Source: the human T2T-CHM13v2.0 reference genome, Homo sapiens
Length of the DNA stretch: 64,000 nt
Assembly (NCBI RefSeq): GCF_009914755.1
Contig: NC_060946.1
Strand: one strand, 5' to 3'
The notes below the pieces were generated by a model. The model was not told the origin of the DNA and did no database searches. It saw only the letters and a program-made list of their open reading frames with translations. A program made the position numbers and the translations under genes. This document shows positions 53,949 to 64,000 of the stretch, piece by piece (position 1 is the first letter of the stretch; the number at the start of each line of letters is the position of its first letter).

Positions 53949-54458
53949 TGTTGTGCCCGAGCCAGTTAGAAAAACGCCACACTTTGAGATGAACTAAGAG
54001 TCCTTTATTAGCCGGCAACCGAGACACGGCTAACGCTCAAAATTCTCTCGGCCCCGAGGGAAGGGCTTGATTAACTTTAATATCTTGGTTTAGGAAGGGG
54101 GGGGCGTCTAGTTAAAACAATTTTACAGAAGTTAAGTAGTCAAAAAGTTAAAAGGATAAATGGTTACAGGAAAGTAAACAGTTCCAGGTGCAGGGGCTTT
54201 AAGACTATTACAAGGTGATAGACGCGGGGCTTTGGGCGTTATCAATCAGACGAATTCTTGGGGACTGCGGATATAGCTTGCCACAGTATCTTATCAGTTA
54301 ATTGCATTCTTGGATGTGCTGGGGAGTCAGCTTGCACAAGTTAAGTCCTTGAGGAAGGGTCTGCCAGTGAAAGAGCCAAGATGGAGTTTGTCTGGTTCTC
54401 TTAGCTAAGGGAGAAACAAGGCCAGGTGAATAAGGAAAAAACAAGGTTGGGCATTACA
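53949..54458 (-). mobile_element. LTR6-family (HERV-S71/HERV-T group) solo LTR nested in the Harlequin-like element
   Basis: TG...CA termini; 4-bp TSD taaa (53945-53948 and 54459-54462); reverse strand begins tgtaatgcccaaccttgttt, as recalled for LTR6. Confidence 0.82.
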
Positions 54459-57400
54459 TAAAAACTAATAAAAATAGGTGCTAAAGGAAATTTCTCAGTA
54501 AGAAGGCACCAAGGACTATAAAGTCCACTGCTGATGTCCCCACATTTAAAATAAAAGGTCCATTTCTTAAAAATTATATACTTGATTTATCTCCCACTTT
54601 CCTTTCCCTCAAAACTAAAAGTCTTTTAGCACATGTACCACCCCGAGAATTTCCGGTAAACCAGCACCAGCCTGAAGATCATGTTCTCATCAAAGGGTGG
54701 AAAGAAGGAAAACTCGAGCTGTATAAACATGTGGCTGCTGGGCCATTGCATGGTCTCTGTTGATGAGGTTCTGAATTTTTAATTGTATATATTTAAATTT
54801 ATTTAACCATGAAGAGGCACATATATGACTGAGAACCACACTAGACGGGACAGCTCCAGAGATCCAGAAATGAGGAAGACAAGACTCCCCTATCCTGGTG
54901 TTTTTTTTTTTGCAGAATCGTTTGCTGCTCTGATCCTAGCATACATTTAAGGTTACTTCCTGGGCATCTGCATAAGGGCCAGTCACTGTGTGGGGCTGGG
55001 GATATGACCATGAGGACAATATCCAGGTCCAGAGGGATTCCAGCAGGGGGCGCTCTTGCACCCAGTGGAAGAGCATGGCCCTGCACACCCTGTCTAGACA
55101 AGATCACGGCGGCAGGAGCAGAGAGGTAGGGGCAACTCGCTGTCCTCAGGAGCTCACCCTCATCTCCAGGGACCCTGAATCATAAGCTGGGCAGGCTCCA
55201 GGATGAGTGTGGGGCTCAATAGGCTGGACAGGCTGTGAAGAAAACCTTTCCACACCTGCACTAGATCCCAGCCCAGGGGTGATCTAGAACTCATCCCTGG
55301 GGTGTGTTCATTAAAACATTCATGGGGCCTAACGTGTCTTCCCCAGGACTGAGCTCTGGGATAAGAACAAATGAGGAAGAGACAGTCACTGCCCTGGCAG
55401 CAAACACCCATGGCCAGGGTTCCTCTATCCATCTGTGGGAAGACCCCAAGTTTGATACTGAAGATGTTAAACCATCTCCAAAGTAAGTGGAAACTGAGGT
55501 GTTGCGGATTCGATGACCTGGACCCTAGGGTCAGTCCCCACCCCTTTGCTGAGCTCACCCTGCACTGGAACTCGTGTCCCTCCCCACTTCCCCTGCTACT
55601 CGGGAGCGCTGCCACTGCCCTGGCCAAGAACTGGGGCGTACGTCTAGTTGAAACATATTTCTGGGCCAGACAACCATTGGCCAACAGTGTCTACTGAAGG
55701 ACCGTTCCCCAGGTGACTTCCAGAAGAGGTGAAAAATGAAAACTTATCTGTCACAGCCCCAGGAAGATCAGGTCTGGGACCTCTCTGTGTCTGGCCTGAC
55801 CCTGAAGTCCATCCCTACTGACTCGTGTCCTGTCTGCTCTGTGTCAGAAAAGTGGGGACCTGATTCCTGTTCTGCCCCTCTCACCAATTTCTGCTGGTGT
55901 CATTGCCATCATCACACAAAGAGATGGGGAAGACATGGTACAATAAGGAAGCTGCTTTCTCGAAGCACTTAGGATGATGTTCACAGCATACTCTCGGCAG
56001 ACAGGAAGGCCAGGTCCTGCTCACTCCGACTCAGAAGGGGTCTCATATCCTGCCTGGGCCCCGGTGATGATGTTGAACTGATGCCCCTAACCTTGCAACC
56101 TTGAGCTTCTCTTCCAACAATGTCCCAATATCCTCATTTTTTTTCCTTCTGATCCTCTAAATCATGTTCCCCTTCAGGTCTAGCATGAGGCTCTCTCTCG
56201 CTCTCTCCCATGGAGCCCACTGGGCAGCTGTCCATGAATTCTAAGAACCTCAATGTTGGTAACACTGATATTTTCCTTGAATCATACATAGCAGGGCCCC
56301 TGAAGCACCATGGGGAATCTATTCTCTAGAGATGAAAGATGTCTAGGGCAATCTGGTCATGAGAAAATCACTTCTCGGGTGAACAAGTGACATTGCCAAA
56401 TCAAACAGTTTCATTGTTCTGTTTTGTTCATGGAAAGATACTGACACATACAGGACAATCAAATTCTACTGAAAAGCAATGTATTTCCATAGAATGCCTG
56501 CTCCAAAAGAAACCTCAAATCATCATGTGGTCCACTTTATTCACATTCATCATGACTTAAAGCAACTACCTTGGCTTTCTGCGCGTGAAGGTTTTCAGAA
56601 GCAAACAAAAACCTATTTCAACAGTAGCATCAACAGGGCATGATGGAGATTCTCCTGTCCCAGTGTTGAGTTTGTCTTCCCCAACCTTGTGAAGCTTGAC
56701 CTACCCTTTATCCTCCTAGGAAGGAAGCCAAGAGCTCAGCCTGATGCTCAGTCCCTCAAGCAAACCTGTTGTACCCTTTGCATTTTACAGGATTTCCTGA
56801 GCAGAGCACACAGAAACTATGACTAGGCTAAGTGAAGAGAGACTGAGTTTCCACATAAACATGGCATTTCCTATCTCTAGTAACATTATCTGAAGATATC
56901 TAACATTTGTTAGATGTCATTAGCTTTTTCCTTCCCAGCTTCCTACCACAACTGAGTGTCACATGTGGCTGGGCCAGGGTCTAACTTCAGAGGAACAAGC
57001 CCTGCCCCACTCTCTATGCTAAAGATGGCTCGTGGAGGATGAACTCTGAGGCCTTTCCTAGAAAAGGTGGGTGAAGGAGAGAGGTGGCAGGAGTAAAGTA
57101 TACAGATGAGTCAAATGCTGTGAGGAATAGAAAGGCTAAGCAAGAGGTGACATTTCTTATTTATGTCTTAAATGAAGTTGTTACTGTGTCTTTTTGTATT
57201 AACCTATTCTTTAGGTGACTATTTCACATTGACTATGTTCCCCTAGTTGGAAAGCCAAGGCTCGGTCATCATTTCTTTCCACCCCTCTCTGCCTTCCTTC
57301 CTTCACCACCAAGGAGGATGGCTCAGCAGCAGCTCAGTCCCTGCTTGTCAACCACCGACCTCCATACACTCCAGCCCCGGTCCACATCCCCCAAGGCTCC

Positions 57401-58859
57401 TCGTGGGATTCCTAAGCAGCACCAGTGCACTGACTGTCACTCTACTCATTTATTGAAAGAACAGTAGGCAAAATAATTGTATTATATCTTTACTAATCCT
57501 TTGTTACAAAGACAAGTAAATAAAAAAAGCTCTTAAAATGCTGCATTTCCCTATTATTTAGAGATAGTGAGTGCTAACCCTGTGATAGTTCTCTTTCTGG
57601 TCTTCCCTTTCTTTACACTGTCTGTGCGTCCATTGAGTCGGTGGCTGTTCATGTTCCCACCAGCCCCCGGCAGTGAAACGTCCATCATGGGGGTCAGCAC
57701 ATGGTGAGTGCTGAGCCTCACTACTCTAGCTATGCAGGAGGTCTCCAGTGAGGGTGATGGGTGCCAGGCTAACAACAATGTTGTCCTCTGCATTCTGATG
57801 TGGCACTGGCCCTTGTCTGTCTCCTATAGATTGGAGCATTTCTGAGGCTTGAGGTGGTCATGTTATTAAATACAATACAATTATCTTCCTGATTTTCCCC
57901 TGCTTTGACCAAGTGCTGAGGAATGACCCCAGCTCTAACAGATGCTGATGTGTACTGTTCTATGTGGTATCTTACCCTTCTCCGAATCTGTGAGCTGACC
58001 AAAAGCCTGTGGGCTTTCTATGTGTGTTTCACAGTAATGCCCATGTTAACGCCTGCTGTTCCAGTATCTTTTGCTACCCTGGGTTATGTGACCACTGAGG
58101 CCCCCTTGGATGATGGGCAATGTTTGGCATGCTTTATAGGCCATTACAGTTTCAAGTATACACATAAGTGCTGGAACTCCCTGGTGTGGGGACACCTTAT
58201 CTCATGCCAGAGTGACACAGTTGAGTAACACAGAGCATCAACATTGGGACCCATTTCTGGGTTCATGTTTGCCTCTTCCATTCAGGAGGTTAAAATCTGG
58301 GTTCATTCTTTTCTGTACCCTCTCCATCCCACAATATCTAAGTAGGATATTCAACTGGCCTTCCAGTACAGCTGTGATGAGGGAGGAAAGAGGTGATTTA
58401 TGTGAAGTGTATGGTGGTGGTGGGATTTTTTCTTCCTTTCTATTAGACGAATGACATGACTCGGGAGGCCGAGGTGAGAAGATCACTATAGGCCAGGAAT
58501 TCAAAAACAGTCACACTTGTACTGTGTTGTGCATGTGGGTCCACATTTTCTGGGGGAAACACACATTGACAAACACACTCATAATCACTACATATTAACT
58601 CACTACTAGTTACCTCCCAGCCCTTTTGCACACAAACCCACACCATCTAAATGATATGGCTGTTTCCAGGGACCCTAGCAGATGATCACAGTTCTTCAGT
58701 GAGCCATCTGTTTCTCACATCGTACCCCAGGTCCTCACACCTATCAGGAACCTGAAGCCAGGGAGGTTCTCCAGACAAAAGCAGGCAAGAGAATCTTCCC
58801 TGACTCATCACTTAGATTTGTCATTAGGAAGGGAGCAGTATTAGAATATGTACAATGTT

Positions 58860-59638
58860 AGAGAGGGGAGCAATACACAGTGGGGCTCTCGGGGGCTGAA
58901 GCAGGAGGGAGGGCATCGGGATAAGTAGCTAATGTATGCAGGGCTTAATAGCTAGGTGATGGGTTGACAGGTGCAGCAAACCACCATGCCACACTTTTAC
59001 CTATGTAACAAACCTGCACATCCTGCGCATGTATCTCTGAACTTAAAGTAGAAATTAAATTTAAAAAAAAGGAAATTGCCAGAGTAGGCAAATCTAGAAA
59101 AACAGGAAGTAGATGAGTGGCTGCCTAGGGCCAGGGATATGCAGGTTGGGGAAAAGAGAGAAGTGACTACTAATGGCTGTGGGGTTTCTTTGAAGGGGGA
59201 ATGAAAAGATTCTAAAATTAGATTCTAACAATGATTGCACAACCCTGTAAATGTGAAAACACTGAATCACCCACATTAAATAGGTAAATTGTTTTGCATG
59301 TCAACTATGTCTCAATAAAGCTGTTTTTTTAAAAAATATACTTACCTGGCCAGGCAGAGTGGCTCACAACTGTAATGCCAGCACTTTTGGAGGCTGAGGC
59401 GGGCAATCACAAGGTCAGGAGATCGTGACCATCCTGGCTAACATGATGAAACCCCATCTCTACTAAAAAAATAAATAATACAAAAAACTAGCCAGGCGTG
59501 GTGGCGGGTGCCTGTGGTCCCAGCTACTCGGGAGGCTGAGGCAGGAGAATGGCGTGAACCCGGGAGGCAGAGCTTGCAGTTGCGCCGCTGCACTCCAGCC
59601 TAGGGGACAGAATGAGACTCCGCCTCAAAGAAAACAAA
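58860..59638 (+). mobile_element. L1PA-like 3' end (~58860-59070), L1M 3' end (~59075-59335) and AluY-like (59348-59638)
   Basis: caggtgcagcaaaccaccatg...cctatgtaacaaacctgcac L1PA motif; Alu Y diagnostics. Confidence 0.8.
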
Positions 59639-59639
59639 T

Positions 59640-60964
59640 ATCTATATATAATATATTATATTATATAATGATATATAATATAATTTATTATATTATATAA
59701 TGATATATAATATAATTTATTATATTATATGATATATAATTTATTATATTATATAATGATATATAATTTATTATATTATATAATGATATATAATTTATTA
59801 TATAATGATATATAATTTATTATATAATGATATATAATTTATTATATAATGATATATAATTTATTATATAATGATATATAATTTATTATATAATGATATA
59901 TAATTTATTATATTATATAATGATATATAATTTATTATATTATATAATATATTGGCCAATATAATATATTATGCCAATATAATATATTAATATAACTATA
60001 TATTATATATTATATTATATAATATATTAACTATATAATTATATATATAAAATATATATTTTATATAATATATAATATATGTTTTACATAATATATATTA
60101 TATGTTTTATATAATATATAATATATATTATATATAATTATATAACTATATAACTATATAATATATAATATATATTATCTTATATATTAGATAATAAATA
60201 AGATAATATATATTAGATAATATATTAGATAATATATAAGATAATATATATTAGATAATATAATATATTATCATATATATAATATAATACAATATAATAT
60301 ATTATATATTATATAATATATAATATAATATAATATAATATAATATATATTATATTATATAATATAACATATATATTATTATATAATATAATATATTATA
60401 TATTATTATATTATATATTATTATATAACATATAATATATTATATAATATATAATAATATATAATATATATTATATTATTAATATTATATATTATATAAT
60501 ATATTATAATATATATAATATAATATATATGTTATATATATTATATATAATTAATATATAATAATATATAATATAATATAATATATAATATATTATATAT
60601 TATATATTTATTATTTATATATCAAATATATTTTTATATATTTGATATATAAATATATATTTATTTATTATTTATATATAAATATATATAATATATAATA
60701 TATAATTATATTATATATAATTATATATAATATATGATTATATATAATATATAATATATGTTATATATTATATAGTTATATATAACTATATATAATCTAT
60801 AGTATATACTATATATATTATATATAGTATATAATATAGATTATATATATAATATATAATATAATCTATATTATATATTATATATATTTATATGTATATA
60901 TTATATATATTTATATGTATATATTATATATATATTTATATATTATATATATATATTTATATAT
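59640..60964. repeat. 1.3 kb AT-rich low-complexity island with a 21-26-bp tandem sub-array (~59650-59950)
   Basis: Almost pure A/T; unit atatataatttatta(tatta)tataatg. Confidence 0.97.
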
Positions 60965-61947
60965 TGTTGCGGGAAGTCAGGGACCCCAAACGGAGGGACC
61001 GGCTGAAGCCATGACAGAAGAATGTGGATTGTGAAGATTTTATGGACATTTATTAGTTCCCCAAATTAATACTTTTTTAATCTTATGCCTGTCTTTACTG
61101 CAATCTCTAAACATAAATTGTAAAGATTTCATGGACACTTATCACTTCCCCCATCAATACCCTTGTGATTTCCTATGCTTGTCTTTACTTTAATCTCTTA
61201 ATCTTGTCAGTCGAGGAGGATGTATTTCGCCTCAGGGCTATGTGATAATTGCATTAACTGCACAAATTGTACAGCGTGTGTGTTTGAGCAATATGAAATC
61301 TGAGCACTTTGAAAAAAGAACAGGATAACAGCAATTGTTCAGGGAATAAGAGAGGTAACCTTAAACTCTGACCACCGGTGAGCCGGGCAGAACAGAGCCA
61401 TATTTGTCTTCTTTCAAAAGCAAATGGGAGAAATATCGCTGAATTCTTTTTCTCAGCATGGAACATCCCTGAGAAAGAGAATGCGCACCTGGGTGTAGGT
61501 CTCTGAACTGCCCCCCCCACTGGGGCGTACCTGTCTCTTATGGTCAAGGCTGCAGAGATAAATAAACTCCAGTCTCCCATAGCGCTCCCAGGCTTATTAG
61601 GAAGAGGAAATTCCCGCCTAATAAATTTTGGTCAGACCGGTTGATCTCAAAACCCTGTCTCCTGATAAGATGTTATCAATGACAATGGTGCCTGAAACTT
61701 CATTAGCAATTTTAATTTCGCCTCCGTCCTGTGGTCCTGTGATCTCACCCTGCCTCCACTTGCCTTGCGATATTCTATTACCCTGTTAATTACTTGATGT
61801 CTGTCACCCACACCTGTTTGCACACTCCCTCCCCTTTTGAAAATCCCTAATAAAAACTTGCTGGTTTTTGTGGCTTGTGGGGCATCACGGATCCTACCAA
61901 TGTGTGATGTCTCCCCCGGACACCCAGTGTTAAAACTTCTCTCTTTT
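60965..61947 (+). mobile_element. MER11 (HERV-K11/HML-8) solo LTR, 3' end lost or interrupted
   Basis: Begins tgttgcgggaagtcagggaccccaaacggagggaccggctgaagcc; aataaa near 61848. Confidence 0.85.
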
Positions 61948-61948
61948 A

Positions 61949-62507
<559 letters not shown>

Positions 62508-63571
62508 CTAAACATACGAAAATAGCCTCATTTATAACACAAACCCCCAATATATTATGTTACCCATGTCTCACCATGATTTCAAACACCTTTCAGATTT
62601 ATTTTCAGTTCCTGATTTCTACCACTCAGACTGGGCTGGAGGAACTCTAAGAAACAGACTTCCTGCTGACCCTCCTGCGCCGACTTCTAGGCATGTCTTT
62701 GGTCCAAATGTGGGCTCCTCTTCCTCCCTCATGCAAATGAACTCTTAAAGATTAGTCCACCAAGTCTTCTAGAGAGGTCTACACAAGTCTGAATTTTAAG
62801 GTAAAAGTGGCTGAGATTTAAGTTGAGAGTCAGTGTGGCAGATTCCTGGCTCTTAAAGGTTTTTACTTTGAAGAAGATAAAATGCACGAATCCTACTAGG
62901 GCAGAAAGAGTTCACAATAGATGTTTTGGTGACAAAGCACTTGTTCTACATAGCCCAAGGGTAAATGCCAATACCTATTCAGAATGGAGCAGGGAAATTG
63001 AAAATAAATTTGAACCCTTCTAATGTAAAGCTTCTGTTTCATATCCTGGCTCTTAGCAGCTGAGTGACCTTGGGCAAGTAATATAACATTTCTGAGCCTT
63101 TATTTTCTCACCCTAAAATGGAGATAACATCAATATTGTCTCCATCACTCCGAAACCCCCTTACAGTTTGGTAAGAATTACATGAGATAAAATATGTAAC
63201 TAGCACAGTACTAGCACAAAATAAGGAGTCAGTTAATATTAGCTCTTCTTCCTCCACCAGCTCAGCTCCTTTGCTCTTCCTTATCCAGGAAATACAGAAA
63301 TATATGGATTCACTGTAGAAGCTGGACCCAGCTCTTCAGATGCAGCAGATGGATTGACCCACTCTGTAATGACCCAGGATGGGGCGGGTGTTCTTCTGCA
63401 TGGTGACTGAGAATGTGAGCCTCAGAATGAAATGTAAGAACACCAGGCTGCAAGAGGACTGGCTGCAGCCACAAACTGCAGGTCACTGTTCACAGGTGCT
63501 CAGTAGGAAGAGAGAGAGGCTTGTGATTTTTTTTTCACCCAGATGGAAATATGCATTCATAAAATGATTTG

Positions 63572-63727
63572 AGCTGGGCGTGATGGCAGGCGTCTGTAAT
63601 CCCAGCTACTTGGAACACTAAAGCCGGAGAAGTCCTAGAACCTGGCTGCTGATGGGTTCATTGAGCCGAGACCGTGCCATCTTAACCCAGCCTAGGGGAA
63701 AAGAACAAGACTTCATCTCAAAAAAAA
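63572..63727 (+). mobile_element. Alu right arm (or FRAM), exonised in antisense
   Basis: Collinear with the Alu right-arm consensus from agctgggcgtg to catctc-A tail. Confidence 0.85.
63618..63691 (-). CDS. C22orf42: C22orf42 terminal coding exon (C)[23 protein letters not shown], Alu-derived
   Basis: Minus-strand acceptor ttcttttcccctag|GC; stop TAG at 63620-63618; peptide matches the recalled C22orf42 C-terminus; in phase with the preceding exon. Confidence 0.85.
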
Positions 63728-63830
63728 TATATATATATATATATATCTACATATATGTATATCTACATATCTATATCTATATCTATATCTACATATATAT
63801 CTATATATATCTAGATATATATATACTTAC

Positions 63831-63858
63831 AGAGGTAATCTTCATATCTCTCCTTTGC
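63831..63858 (-). CDS. C22orf42: C22orf42 penultimate 28-nt coding exon ([10 protein letters not shown])
   Basis: Minus-strand acceptor ctttctcctattgcag and consensus donor T|gtaagt; joins to give ...[17 protein letters not shown]...; the gene continues beyond the window. Confidence 0.85.
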
Positions 63859-64000
63859 CTGCAATAGGAGAAAGGAAAACGCCATGAGGATCGGATCATG
63901 CTGGGCCCTGTTGGCACAGGTCTATTATTCACTTGGTGACAGTAGAAAACAACATGTCAAACAGTGATCAAGTCACTGGCCCCCCGAATGAAGCATAGAC

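Larger units (their letters stand above)
51810..54720 (+). mobile_element. Harlequin/HERV-E-like internal sequence, non-coding, 3'-truncated
   Basis: Follows the primer site; leader repeats and AT-rich internal region; no gag/pol ORF and no 3' LTR seen. Confidence 0.7.

Noticed and set aside
54940-55720. Possible immunoglobulin-lambda orphon or recombination signal (cactgtg near 54984) and 174-aa ORF
   Set aside because: No nonamer at 12/23 spacing and no J- or C-region-like translation.
57590-57720. Exon-like segment ending in ATG|gtgagt
   Set aside because: Only a donor-like motif; no recognisable product or partner exon.

Overview
Human (primate) genomic DNA, recognisable as 22q12.3. Positions 1-27.2 kb hold the 3' half of SLC5A1 (SGLT1, Na+/glucose cotransporter): coding exons 10-15 on +, all with canonical splice sites and an intact frame to the stop at 24347-24349, then a TE-rich 3' UTR. 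Downstream is a mosaic of duplicated blocks. (i) A ~6.4 kb imperfect palindrome (32916-39304) is centred on a two-fold symmetric, histone-H2B-like promoter cassette (octamer + NF-Y CCAAT boxes + TATA), flanked by mirrored GC-skewed ~45-bp repeat arrays. (ii) Two unprocessed AP1B1 pseudo-exons lie in permuted order. (iii) A truncated LTR2/Harlequin-type provirus has a perfect tRNA-Glu primer site and a nested LTR6 solo LTR. (iv) A 1.3 kb AT island is followed by a MER11 LTR. (v) The last two coding exons of C22orf42 lie on -; the final exon is an exonised Alu arm that appears unusually diverged in its coding part. The best candidates for something under-described are the palindromic promoter unit and the fast-evolving Alu-derived exon. 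Repeat subfamily calls, gene names and percent identities come from reading by eye and from recall, not from searches.
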